A stretch of DNA of 63,998 bases, counting the filler, from Octopus bimaculoides (Eukaryota), in NCBI RefSeq assembly GCF_001194135.2. It is 8 parts of 7 records of this genome, joined end to end, with 100 filler letters (N's around TTAATTAATTAA, not from the genome) between each part and the next. Parts side by side here need not be neighbours in the genome. Positions count along the whole stretch, not along the records: positions 1 to 23,477 come from NC_068985.1; 7 more parts are not named here. One strand, given 5' to 3'. The translations under genes and the position numbers were made by a program. Positions 1-11,877 of this stretch are shown here, piece after piece (within the stretch, counting starts at the first letter, position 1; every line of letters starts with the position of its first letter). Under the pieces are notes generated by a model. It was given only the letters and a program-made list of their open reading frames with translations. It was not told where the DNA came from and did not search any database.

Positions 1-9
1 ATATATATA

Positions 10-262
10 CTTAATGGTTAGGGTATTCGGCTCATGATCATAAGGTCATGACTTCAATTCCCAGAGACGCATTGTGTCCTTGAGCAAGACACTTTATTTC
101 ACGTTGCTCCAGTTCACTCAGCTCGCAAAAAGGAGTAGAACCTGTATTACAAAGGGCCAGCCAAGTCATACTTTGCGGCACGTTTAATCTCGCTGAGAAC
201 TATGTTAAGGGTACGCGTGTCTGTGGAGTGCTCAAACCACTTGCATGTTAATTTCACGCGCA
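10..262 (+). mobile_element. tRNA-derived SINE, 3'-truncated
   Basis: Degenerate A box (TTAATGGTTAG) and B box (GACTTCAATTCC), then a CORE-like TGTGTCCTTGAGCAAGACACTT. Bases 196-258 are the reverse complement of the body of the SINE at 46960-47345. Confidence 0.75.
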
Positions 263-411
263 ACTACCAAAACGACACTTTACCTCTTCGAACGGTTAAC
301 GTTTACTAGCTCCCTACTCTCACTCAGGCCTCTTTGTTTTTTGTAGTCGCTCGGTCAAGTCTGTTCTCTCAGTGGGGTGTCGTGCTCCTCTCCACAACCA
401 CTTCCTTTTTG
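263..411 (-). mobile_element. Candidate 3' LTR plus polypurine tract of the Gypsy element
   Basis: On the minus strand, downstream of the integrase, purine-rich AAAAAGGAAGTGGT (397-410) is followed by TGTGGAG at 396. No terminal CA and no second LTR copy are visible. Confidence 0.3.
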
Positions 412-599
412 AGATTTCGACTTCCGTAGGAAACGAAATTTATTTTATTATTATTTTTATTTTTCTTTCTTTCCAACACCTTTTTGAAATTTTGCTTCCC
501 TAGGGAGTTCAGTACCTTTTCCGCTTAGGAATTATTTCTAAATGTTCAGTTTGTTTACGTTTTCTGTTAATTCTCTTTCTCTGTCTCCAACATCAAAAT

Positions 600-2030
600 G
601 TTGAGATGAATTTTTAAAATTTTCTCTGTACCTTTTTTTTTTTTTGGCAACAATTTGTCTAAAATCGATTTTATCGTTCGAGCGAACATTAGCTCTGCAG
701 TCGACTTGCCTGAAGTGGTGTTCGGACTGGGTGTTATTCTGCACAGCCTTAAGAATTTAGCGCTTCATCATTTCCTAACTCGTTCCTTGCTTTATGTAGT
801 GCTCTCTTGAAAGCATCTACGAATCGTTCTGCTTGCCCATTTCACTTCGGGTGGTAGGGCGGAGTAAACATGTGTTTGATTGCATGCATTTTGCAGAAAA
901 TCTTGAACTCGTATCTTGTAAATTGTGTTCCATCGTTCGATACTATGGTGGTGTCCGAAACATCGTATCGGGCAAAAAGTTCGTGTAGGAAATTTATTGT
1001 TGCCTTCGAGGTATGTTGTCTGTACCTGCATACTTCCGGCGACTAGATAAAGCTATCAACAATGATCAAGTAGAACGCCCTATTCACTGGTCCTTGTAGT
1101 CTATACGTATCTTGGACCACGGACAATCCGTCTCAGGCCACAATTGGTATTTCACCGGTGGTGCCTTGGCTGCTAGCGCACCACCTCTAAATGATTTTAC
1201 CAAATGTTCTGTGTCCCAGTCCATTGTCGGCCGATACGCGTAACTCCTCATCAAAGCTTTCATTCTTGACATCTCCGGGTGGCCAGTATGAAATTCATGT
1301 AATATCCGTTTCTGTAGTGCTGTTGGTACTACCACTCTTTGTGCGTACATTAATACATCGTTGCAGAGTGAAAAATGGTTCGCATTCGTGTTTCTCTCTT
1401 GTTTATTTTTCAAAAATTCCTTGTCCTCCTATGATTTAATTTTTATACCATGAACAGTCACTGGCAACTCCTTGAATTACATTATACATAGCGTTTTTAA
1501 ATTCCTTTTCTGATTGTAATGCGGCTATCAACGTATCTTCCAGCGGTTCCGCATTCTTCGAAATTAGCCTAGATAAACAATCCGCATGGCCAATTTTCTT
1601 AGAACGAATGTACTCCATGTTAGAGTTGTAATTTAACAATATTCTACCCCAGCGTTGTAATCTGTTAGCTGTATGGATAGGAATTCCTTTCTTCGATCCG
1701 AAAATTGATAGTAACGGTCGGTGGTCTGTCTGAAGCCGAAGACTTTTACCGTGGAGAAATCTGTGAATTTTCTTCACCGCAAAAATATTCGCTAGAGATT
1801 CTCTCTCTATCTGACTGTAGTTTTATTCTGCTACAATCAAAGCAATCACTGCAATGTGCAAAGGTGCATCTATAAGCCTTTTGAGTCTTTCCGAAATTCC
1901 ATTAACGATTTCCTCTTTGATACACAGAATATACAGGGATTCCTCGGAACAGGGTAGGCATCTGGAAATGATATTATATGGCCTTGCATGCCTTACTCTG
2001 GACCAAGTTATGTTATACTTAATTTTATCA
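600..2030 (-). mobile_element. Ty3/Gypsy LTR retrotransposon pol remnant (RNase H and integrase), frameshifted
   Basis: RNase H: NYSQIERESLANIFAVKKIHRFLHGK..LQTDHRPLLSIFG..RLQRW..GHADCLSRL. Integrase Zn region: RVVVPTALQKRILHEFHTGHP..PWSKIRIDY. Integrase core in an alternative frame: DTIVSNDGTQF..PYHPKSNGQAERFVDAFK and GKSTAELMFARTIKS. Multiple stops and frameshifts. Confidence 0.9.
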
Positions 2031-4071
2031 GGCTGTAGTAGATGACGGTCGCGATGTACGCATTCGCAACCTCTGCTCGACCTTTCAGTGACAGCTTCCT
2101 CGCAACCCATTTCTGGGTGAGACTAGCTACTCTGTTCGTCACCTTGTCTCAAGTCTTATCTACCTGGAAGTCTGGTCCGAACCAAACCCCATGCAACTTT
2201 ACCGGCCCGTCCATCCAGCGCCCAAAGACGCTGTTGGAGGGCACGGACTTGCCTCTCCAGGTGCCGAGCTGCAAGCCCACCGACTTTTCCGTGTTAACTT
2301 TCTCCTGTCAACTTTTCATATTCCTCCAATGATGTGTCGACCACTTCGATTTCTGAGGTGTTCGACATCATTACAGTAATGTCGTCCGCATAAGCCGAGA
2401 CAACCTTTCCGCGTCCGAGTTCGAGCGCGATGCCCTGCAGCAGCTCTAGCTTCCGCAGAAGCTCACGAGTCAATACATACAGAAAGGAGGAGAGAGGGCT
2501 CCCTGACGGACCGATCGGGAAATCTGAAACGGTTCCGAGCGGTGGCCATTAACTTTGACCACCGAGCAGATGCCGCTGTGCATTGCAGCGATCCAACCTC
2601 TGAAGACGGGGCCTAAATTGGCTTCCTGAGGACAGCCCCTAGGTACCGATGTTCGACCCTATCGAATGCTTTCGATTGATCTAAATTGATCAGAGCCTTA
2701 CCGAAGCCTGGTTTACAACCTACCCTTTCTATGATGTATCGCATAAGGTGGAGGTTGTCGAGTATGGACCTAGTCAAGATTGCGCCTCACCAACCAATTC
2801 CTTGACGACAAGCGCCAACCTCTTCGCTAACACCTTAGCCAAAATCTTAAACTCTGTGTTGAGCATAGTTATGGGCCCTAAGTTATCTAATGTATCTCTC
2901 TTGTTTTCATCTTTTTTTATCAGTGTCACTACACCCCGGCTCACAGAATTGGGAATACTCGCGTTCCGCTGCCAGTTGCAGTAGCGCGCTTCGAGGAGAC
3001 CGGAGATCAAGACTAGTATATACAAAAAAAGCTCGTAGGTGACTTGTGTCTCATGCAGCCGACAAGGGCATCCTGGATTTCGGCTGAAGTTATCTGCCTT
3101 ATGCAGCACTCAGAGCATGCGCCTTAGCTCTGACAATACAACCTTCATGTTTCGCAACGAAGAAATGGTCTAATGCCATTCTCGCTAGTAGCACGTCGGT
3201 TGCAATGCCACTACAAATAGCCTCGTCTAACTTAGCTACTATCTTCTTCTTTCTATTTTTATCTAATGTTACTGTCAACTTTTGCTTAACTAAATTGTTG
3301 ACCCGGTGCCTGTAAGTCTTATGTGCCGGAAACATGTTCAGCTTCCAGTACCCGGGTCCTAACCTACGCGTCTTATCTAGGTCGACTGTACAGATTACAA
3401 ACTTATCTGAATAGGCGACCGTTTTAAAAAGTCGACATCCTACACTATTACTATCTATTTTCCCAGTAAAAATCTTATCTATATACTATCTAGATGACCC
3501 TAAGCGGTTGGTCCAGGTCCACACTGGCGCATTAAGGAAATTTCGACGGTACCTGTCAGACAGTTGCAACTGACTGATCGCATGCTTCAGTCTTTTGCGC
3601 CCCCCCCCCCGCTTCTATCAGCTGCTCTCACCCAATCCCAGCTGGTATCTAAGATTTCGTTCCAGTCCCCCACTAACAGTAAAGGGTGAGACGTACCCAG
3701 AAGGTCTTCCAGACACCTAAAGAAATCTGGCCGTTTGGCGCCGGTAGGGTCGTAGACGGCCACCTTCGCTATTGCTCACGTCCAGGACCACCAACTTACC
3801 ATCCGGGTCCCGGAAGATCGACGTTAACTCAATACTCAGCTCCTTCCTAAACAGCACTGCTATCCCACCTCCCATTCTCAGCCGACTAACAGATGCAAAG
3901 ATCTGATAGTTGTTGAAAATGGGGGCTAGTGCGGGTGTATTGGAAATCTTGGTCTCACTGACAGCAAATTACATCCAACTCTAAAGACCTGAAGTCGTTG
4001 AGCGGGCGCTCCTACTTCTACGACGACCCCAAGCCTCGAACATTTATACTTCCTCCTCTTAATATGACCAT
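2030..4071 (-). mobile_element. L1/Tx1-type LINE ORF2 (APE endonuclease and RT), decayed, 3' part missing
   Basis: ATG at 4071. APE motifs: SINVRGL, SETK, GGGIAVLF, LLLVGDWN, PGYWKLN. RT motifs: GVVTLIKK..PITMLNTEFKILAKVLAKRL, LDQSKAFDRVEH, YADDITV, KLSLKGRAEVAN. Stops and frameshifts throughout. Confidence 0.9.
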
Positions 4072-4138
4072 GTTGACAAGCTAAAAAGAGAGGGGAAAGG
4101 TTTACTTACCTTCCTGTGTCTTGTGAAGGCCGGATGGT

Positions 4139-6200
4139 TCAACTTCCATAATTGGTAGGGGTGGGGAACCCCTTTAAGAGTCTCGATATGAGTTTCATCA
4201 GGAGCAAATCTTCTGGTATTCGCACGAGAAGCAAATCTTCTGGTATTCGCACGAGAAGCAAATCTTCTGGTACTTGAAATTTGCTCGTTTCGAAAATCCC
4301 TACTGTTTTGTTTTGTATTACGAGAGCCATTAGTTTCTCGTTGTTCCTTCTGATGAGTACGAAGTTGAGTGTTTTGTGTCTGTGTTGTTTGTTTGCTTGA
4401 GTGTGGTGGTCATGTTCTTGTTGTTGTTGTACCGGTTGTGTCTGTGTTTGCTGTGATTGTGGTATCTGCGGTTTCAGATGGTTGTATGAGTGTTTGTTCT
4501 TGTGTCTGTTTAGGTCGTTTGCGTTTCGGGGATTCTTGTGATAGAGATGGTGTTGGTTGTGTTGGTGTTGGTGTTATTGGGGAGATGTTTGCGTGGGTAG
4601 TGACTGTTTTTTTTATTGTGAGTGTTGTTATGCTTTGTGGAGTTTTTCTTTTGTGCTTTCATTTTTTTTTGGCGGGGGGGGGTCCTTCATCTTCACGACA
4701 GGAAGATAAAAGGTCTGTGTGTCTGTCTGTGTGTATGGCTATATTTTTATTTATGTGTGTATTTATTGGTGTGCGGAGGGGGGGCAGTGGGAGAGCTTCC
4801 TCGTTTCCCTCTAGGGTGGTTAATGTCTTTGGTGGCGTTTCGTTTGTTGTTGCTGGCGGTTTTGCCAGTACTGGTGTTGTTTGTGGATTTCGTCCCGGCG
4901 TAGGCAGCAGTGGAGGCCTTCGACCCCTTGCACTTTTTATCAGTTGAGGGCAGAAGGCTTGCAAATGAGTAGTTTCTCCACAAACTAATGCGGCCTTCTG
5001 CCCTCAGTCATTATATGCAATACCGTCTCGTTTTGGAGACGGATGTGGTCCAGGATTCTTTTGAAGCTTTCGGACTTGATCGGGAGAAATATCTCCACAT
5101 CCACCCCGGACCAATCCTCCCTAACAATCACCTGTATCGGACGGTATCCGACCTTTGCTCGATTACGCATCCCAGAATCCACCACGTGTCAAGTTTTGGC
5201 GCTATTCTTTTTCCCATATGAGATGGTTACATAATGACTTTGCTGGTTTTGCAAGAAGTCATTGAATGCTCCATAACGAAGGCTTATGACTTAAAAAGCA
5301 CCGAAATAGTGCCGTATTGTCAGCCCTCGCTATATACTTGATATCAACCCTCATACATCTCAGCGCAGCTTCAGTATCTGCTTGTGTTATTATTGCTGGT
5401 TTCTTTGTCTTTGCTGAGATGCATCTGATATTGAACTGCTTTTCTCCACTGCTTGAATTGCCTCTTTCGGGATGGTTAAGTTGGTCCAGGTTTGCTCATG
5501 TTTGATGAGCTTCCAGGTTAGGGCCAACTTTACCTCTTTGTTTGTGTTGTCTATGTTGTAATATTGTCTTATTTTGGCTGCTGCTGCTGCTGCTGCGAAC
5601 GTGTTCTTGTTGTTTTTGGTAATATTGGTATTACTATTCTCGTTGGTGTTGTGTTGTTGGTGTTGGTTTTATTGCCGTTGTAAATGTTGCTGCTACTGCT
5701 GTTGTTGCTGTTTGTTGTTGTTGTGGTGGTGGTGGTGGGTTGCAGCCACTTGTTTTGCTGCCATCATCACTGCTTGGTGCCGCTGCCGTCGTCTGTGTTG
5801 CTATCACTGCGACTGCTGCTGGTATTGTTGCTGTTTTTGTTACTGTAACTATCTGTCGTAGCGTCGCAGCCTTTGCTGTCTCCACCGCCATCATCTCTAC
5901 TGCTTCCGCCACCTTCACCATCGGCGCTCCTGTCATTGCTGCTGTTTTTGTTGTAACTAATTTCATAAGCTTCGTGAGGTTTCACATTGTTTAGGCTGCT
6001 ACTGTTGTTGTTTCGTTGTTGTTGTCGCTGGGAGTGAGTGATAGGATGGGATGGGGAGGTCTTCGTCTGTACGAGGGCTGGTGGGAGAGATGGCTTTCCC
6101 CCTCAACGCTTCCATAGTTGCTGATGCCGATAATAATAGTGATGATAACGACGCCATCTTGTGTGTTTGTGTTTTTTTTACAGAATGCAATGAATGCAAT
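4139..6200 (-). mobile_element. ORF1 and 5' end of the L1/Tx1-type LINE (gag-like, zinc knuckle), decayed
   Basis: Minus-strand ORF pieces directly upstream of ORF2. A CCHC knuckle is reconstructable across a frameshift near 4960-5000 (GRRPH-x-x-VCGETTHLQAFC). Low-complexity T/Q/P-rich segments. AAGATGGCG (YY1-like) at 6152-6160 overlaps a plausible start ATG. Confidence 0.7.
4201..4273. repeat. 27-bp tandem repeat, about 2.7 copies, inside LINE ORF1
   Basis: Unit GAGAAGCAAATCTTCTGGTATTCGCAC, which reads as VRIPEDLLL repeats on the minus strand. Confidence 0.9.
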
Positions 6201-6396
6201 GGATAATTAAATGAATACTGCCCCCTACGGGGCAGAAATAGCCACCGAATGCCTATTAACAGTTTATTAGTGTTCTTATTGTCATATTATGAGAAAAATT
6301 AATAACATATATTTGTATAGACAATGCGAAAAGCACAGTTTAAAGCATAACTTACGATGCTTGTTCAAAAGAACGTCTTACGTATCCAACACACGA

Positions 6397-6426
6397 ATAA
6401 CAACAACAACAACAACAATAACAATG

Positions 6427-6466
<40 letters not shown>

Positions 6467-6504
6467 TAATAATAATAATGATAATAATAATAATAATAGT
6501 AATA
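6397..6504 (+). repeat. (CAA)n/(TAA)n microsatellite
   Basis: Directly visible trinucleotide array. Confidence 0.95.
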
Positions 6505-7042
6505 AATGCCCTGATGCAGTACCAGCCACTGGCTCTCATAGCTTCTCATCTTAACTGTACATTGTTTTGTCTTGGTATAAAAGATGGCCTACAGCAAATA
6601 TTCTGCTTAATACCACAGATTTGCTTGTTATTTGTTTGATCTTAACCAGTTGAGCATGTTCCTTGGTGGCTGACGATATGTGCATCTCTGATCACGAGCA
6701 AAAGTAGTGGGGGAGCACCATAACCATGTCTTGAGAGGAATTATTTTGGGTTTGTATAATTCACCTCTGGAAACATGGGTGTTTCATTCAGCATCCTTAA
6801 ACAACCCTTATTCAAGGATCATTTCAGTGGGATGGGCTACTCAACCTGAAGAAAATTCTAACTGGGCTCCACCTGCAAGGTCATGCACTGTTTATCTTGA
6901 TATGAGATCACTATGTCGCGCACATATGGTTGTGATGCATGTGCCTGGTGTACCCTTATCAGATGGGTAGTAAAGATGGGTATAATGGGCTTCGTATATT
7001 TGACCCCAGTGTCTCTTTTATGGTATGCTCTGCTCTCTCACA
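6505..7042. mobile_element. ~530-bp non-coding interspersed repeat, copy 1, flanked by (TAA)n on both sides
   Basis: Colinear with 9207-9741 and with partial copies at 16530-16680 and 34770-35071. No ORF, no TIR and no tRNA head recognised. Confidence 0.8.
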
Positions 7043-7062
7043 TAATAATAATAATAATAATG

Positions 7063-8903
7063 GCAATGAAAGATTGTAAACGAAGGGGAACAAATTTGGG
7101 AAGGGCCTGGATTGACTGTCGCAAAACTTATATGATCTCACATTCGTGGACCCTCGAGTGCTTATATCTGTTTGCAATTGCGAGGAACGTAAGGTGCTTC
7201 CTGAAGAGAAGTATGATGAGATGGAAACCTGAACTGATATCTTACGGAAAAAGCTTGAGCAACCTGGGTATTACAAGAGGGATTTTCCAGGGTGATAGCC
7301 TATCTCCGTTGTTTTTTGTTCTTCGACCTTGATATTTACGAAAATGAACCTAGGCGACCAACTAAAGGAAAAAACTCCAAACAATCAACCACCCCCTCTT
7401 CATGGCTGATTTGAAACTGTATAGAAAAGATAAAACTGAAGTAAGTTCCTAGATGAACACGGTCCACTATTTTAGTGCTTATATGAGAATGGAATTTGGG
7501 ATCAAGAAGTGCGGAATAGTCTACCTAACAAGAGGCAAGGTACAGTCCATAGCAGGAATAGAATTACCGAATTCTATTAAATACGTGATTAAACAAATTG
7601 AAATGGAAGGATACAAATACCTTGCTGTATTAGAGTTCAACGAGATAATGGAAAAGGAAATAAAAAAAGCAACTGAGGATGAGGTATTTCCGAAGACTGA
7701 GGTTGATGTTGCGCTCAAAATTGAGTGGATGGAATAATGTCCAAGCAGTTAATACGTGAGCGATAGCAGTACTTGGGGTATGGAGCAGGAATTACAAAAT
7801 GGTAAAAGAGAGAAATGAAGAAAATGGATACCGAGAAAAATGTTGACAATAAACAGAGCCCTCCACCCTAAGAGTGACATTGATAGTTTGTACTTGTCCA
7901 GAAGAAAGGTTGGGAGAGGTTTGATCAGTTGCCAGGACTGTATCGAAGCAGAGGAAAACAGCTTAGTATGGTATATAAAAAATGCCGTGGAGCTACTGTT
8001 GAAACATATGAAGAAGGCCAGTGTCATCAAAACTGAAAATTGTGTAACTAAGAAAAATTTAAAGAAATGAACAAAAAAAGCGTGAAGGAAAGGGAAATGT
8101 ACGGTCAGTTTGCCAGAAATGTGAACGCCAAAACAGATACAGATGACCGGTGGCTATGGATAAGGAGGCGTGACCTGAAGATAGAGACAGAAGCACTCAT
8201 ATTCGCAGCTCAGTAACAGGCGTTAAGGACCAATTATATGAAGTGCAGAATAGACAACACTACCGATTGCAACAAACGCAGAATGTATGGTGTGAGTGGT
8301 AAAACATCGTTAGCGAATGCCTGAAATTGCCACAATGAATACAAAAGACGCCATGATAATGTGGCAAGAATGATCCTTTGGGAGCTCTGTGGAAATCACG
8401 GTCTACAAAGAGCAAAGACATGGCATGAGTCACCGAAAATGAGAATTGTAAAATCCTGTGGGATACAATGATCCAGTGCGATCACCCGACCAGACATCGG
8501 AAACCGGACATTGTTGTGGTGAATAAAAAAGAAAGAACATGTATGTTAATCGACATAGCATGCCACGGTGACAACTGGATCAATGTGAAAGAAGAAGAAA
8601 AAATAAACAACTATGACGATTTGAAATGAGGAATACGAAGGCTGTGGTCAATGAAGAGAATAGGAGTGATAGCAATAGTAATTGGTGCACTTGGAAGTAT
8701 CAGCACTCAACTAACAACATGGCGAAAAAAGATTGGTGCAAATGTGAAGGTAGAACACCTACAAAAATCAGCATTGCTTGGAACGGCAAGAATTATTCGC
8801 AGGGTTCTTGAAGCGTGACCAGTAAATAAATGTCACCTTAGTCAGCTGGAAGTGGACAGCTGACACTTTCCATCATAGCCAGCGAAATGAGCTGTGAGTT
8901 TTC

Positions 8904-8905
<2 letters not shown>
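7063..8905 (+). mobile_element. R4/Dong-like RLE non-LTR retrotransposon, 5'-truncated, 3' end complete
   Basis: RT: AWIDCRKTY, RGIFQGDSLSPLFFV, FMADLKLY, MEFGIKKC, YKYLAVLE, LHPKSDIDSLYLSRRKVGRGL. Post-RT: KRRHDNVAR. RLE: KPDIVVVNKK..LIDIA, IVIGALG, LQKSALLGTARIIRRVLEA* (stop 8816-8818). An ~85-nt 3' UTR is followed by (TAA)n. Confidence 0.9.

Positions 8906-8906
<1 letters not shown>

Positions 8907-8968
<62 letters not shown>
8907..8968 (+). repeat. (TAA)n microsatellite, about 20 units
   Basis: Directly visible. Confidence 0.95.
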
Positions 8969-8971
<3 letters not shown>

Positions 8972-9185
8972 TATTCAGACAAATACATAACAAAAATACC
9001 AGGACTTACAAATATATATAACATCCAGAAAATTGCACTACTGGGTACTGCACACATTCTACGCAAAACACTTTCAATACAGTAAACATAAGAGCACCAC
9101 AGCAAACCACAGCACATACCCAAGGCGCACAGAGCTGCGCTCGGTAGTGAAGTGAAAGCACGTTATAAAAATAAAACTACTGAAC
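8969..9185 (+). mobile_element. 3'-terminal fragment of a second R4/Dong-like family
   Basis: KYITKIPGLTNIYNIQKIALLGTAHILRKTLSIQ* has the same C-terminal signature as 7063-8905 but a different sequence and 3' UTR. (TAA)n lies on both sides. Confidence 0.8.
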
Positions 9186-9206
9186 AATAATAATAATAAT
9201 AATAAT

Positions 9207-9741
9207 AGATGCAGTACCAGGCACTGGCTAATGTCCTGAGTCAGTACCAGCCACTGGCTCTCATGACTTCTCATCTTAACTGATTGGAAATGTTATCATG
9301 TACATGTTTTGTCTTGGTATAAAAGACGGGCTACATCAAATATTCTACTCAATAACACAGACTTGCTTGTCATTTGTTTGACCTTAATCAGTTGAGCATG
9401 TCCCTTAGTGACTGACGATATGTGCATCTCTGATCACGAGCAAAAGTAGTGGGGGACCATCATAGCCATGTGCTGAGAGGCATTCTTTGGAGTTTAAATA
9501 ATTCACCTCTGGAAACATGGCTGTTATCCTTAAACACCCCTTATTCAGGGATCTTCTAACAGGACCTCACCTGCAAGGTCATGTGCTGTTTATCTTGATA
9601 TGAGATTACTATGTCGCGTGCATATGGTTGTGATGCATGTGCCTGGTATATCCTTATCAAACGGGTAGTCGTGATAGGTATATTGGGCTTCGTATATATC
9701 ACCCCAGTGTCACTTAAATGGCATGCCCTGCTCTCTCACTC
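9207..9741. mobile_element. ~530-bp non-coding interspersed repeat, copy 2
   Basis: Colinear with 6505-7042, with a short duplication of CAGTACCAG(G/C)CACTGGCT at its left end. TAA tracts on both sides. Confidence 0.8.
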
Positions 9742-9760
9742 AATGATAATAATGATAATA

Positions 9761-9962
9761 GTTTAAAATTTTGCCACAAGTTCAGCAATTCTGGGGGAGA
9801 GGATGAGTCCATTACATTGACTCCAGTGTTTCGCTGGTACTTAATTTATTGGTCCCGAAAGGATAACAGGCAAAGTCGGCCAAGGCGGAATTTGAACTTA
9901 GAACGTAGCGACGTGAAAAATACCGCTAAACATTTCGCAAACGATTCTGTCACCTCGCCGTC
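9761..9962 (-). mobile_element. SINE family B copy
   Basis: Reverse complement matches 16744-16980 (GGCGAG.TG.CAGAA..., GTTCAAATTCCGC, ATAAATTAAGTACCAG). Confidence 0.75.
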
Positions 9963-9976
9963 TTAATAATAACAAC

Positions 9977-10045
<69 letters not shown>

Positions 10046-10160
10046 GATGATGATGATGATGATCATCATCATCATCATCCTCATAATAATAATAATAATA
10101 ATAATAATGATAATAATAGTAATAATAATAATAATAATGATGATAATAATAATAATAACG
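9963..10160 (+). repeat. Compound (TAA)n/(GAT)n/(CAT)n microsatellite
   Basis: Directly visible. Confidence 0.95.
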
Positions 10161-10199
10161 AAAAAAAGGCGCGTTGGTTGATGTGGTTCCAAGTTTACA

Positions 10200-10300
10200 G
10201 CGCGAAGGGAAAAGGACGGGATAGTCACAGTTGGACGACCTTTGACTATAAATCTGCTCGATCAGGTTGACCTGTGGCTAAAGAACAATAACAACAGCAA
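10200..10300 (+). mobile_element. SINE-like 3' tail fragment (family D); related pieces near 31990-32200, 48310-48515 and 62250-62400
   Basis: Shared degenerate segment ..GACAGGATGGTCA..TTTGATCATAAA..GACCTGGGGCTAAA ending in a (CAA)n-like tail. Confidence 0.45.
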
Positions 10301-10759
10301 CAAGTACTTATGTCGCAATGTGCTAGGTGGGTACTTGGTAAATGTCGAAGCATGTCTGCCTTTGCGTATCGTACTGTGGACAATCGATTGTCTGCCTAGG
10401 TACCTTAGGTCGTGTGTTCGGTCAGGACGGATCTGAGGCCACACAGGCAACAAAATCAGCAACGATGTCGACATCAGCGACGACAGAAACAACAAAGGCA
10501 GCAGCAGCAGCAGCAACAACAATGACAACATCAACAACAATAACGGCTGCAGCAAAAACATCAGAAACAGCAGTAACAACAATATCAACAACTACCGATA
10601 TTGCTATTACATCATGTTGTTCTGAGCAACGTGGCTGAAGTTAAGTATTTTTGATAATCACGATTCCATTCAATCAATAGATATCTTCAATTGAATTTAT
10701 GCAATAGTTAATTCCACGCCAGTTCCTGAAGCAACTACACACCCCTCAGTTCTTGCTTT

Positions 10760-10787
10760 TTCTCTCACCATTCTCTCTCTCTCTCTG

Positions 10788-10860
<73 letters not shown>

Positions 10861-11422
10861 CGCTCTTTCTCTCTCTCACTCTTCTTTTACTCATTCGCCG
10901 TTCTCTCGTTCACCTTTTCTTCTCTCTCTCTCCTTTTTTCTCTGTCTGATATAGTCTATTCAGTTTCACATTATCTCTCCTTAATTGTCTTTATTAGTCT
11001 CACTGTCTCTCTATCTCTCATAATATCTAGTTTCTCCTTCATATCTCTCCTCTTTTCTCTCTGTCTCTGTTTCTCCCTATGTCTCGCTGTGTATTTGTCA
11101 GTCTGTCTGTCTGTCTGTCTGTGTCTGTCTGTCTGTCTGTCTGTCTGTGTCTGTCTGTCTGTGTCTGTCTGTCTGTCTGTGTCTGTCTGTCTGTGTCTGT
11201 CTGTCTGTGTCTGACTTTCTGTCTGTCTGTCTCTCTTTTTCCCCCCCTCTCTCTCTCTCTCTCTGATAGACAGCACGAGCAAATGTTTGAAAGAAAGATG
11301 GACAGACGGAAAGAAACGAAGAAAATGATTGAATAATTGGAGAAAAAAAAATAGAAGGAAAACACTGGCAGGTGGACAAACAGATAAATAGACAGACAAA
11401 CAGATAGACAGACAGACAAACG

Positions 11423-11495
<73 letters not shown>

Positions 11496-11808
11496 GCAGA
11501 GAGATTCATTGATTGATCGATCGACCGATATAAAAATAGACAGTTAGAGAGGTAGAAAAACAGATAGCAAGATAGATAGCTCGGAGAATATAGATAGGGA
11601 GGTAGGAAAAATATAAGCGTAGATAAATATATAGGTAGACATATTGGACAATACAGACAGAGAGAAAGCAAGATATTCTGATTGATAGATAGATCAATAG
11701 CTGGGTAGGTAGACAAATAACTAGATAGAATATTTGATAGATATGTTGCTTCATAGATTGGTAGATAGACAAATAAGTAGACAAATAGAGAGGCAGACAG
11801 ACAGACAC

Positions 11809-11877
<69 letters not shown>

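Noticed and set aside
4369-4947. 192-aa Val/Cys-rich plus-strand ORF
   Set aside because: Antisense shadow of the C/A-rich LINE ORF1 on the minus strand.
6230-6238. GC hairpin CTGCCCC-ctac-GGGGCAG (about 6219-6236) as a Helitron 3' end
   Set aside because: No downstream CTRR terminus and no matching 5' end found.
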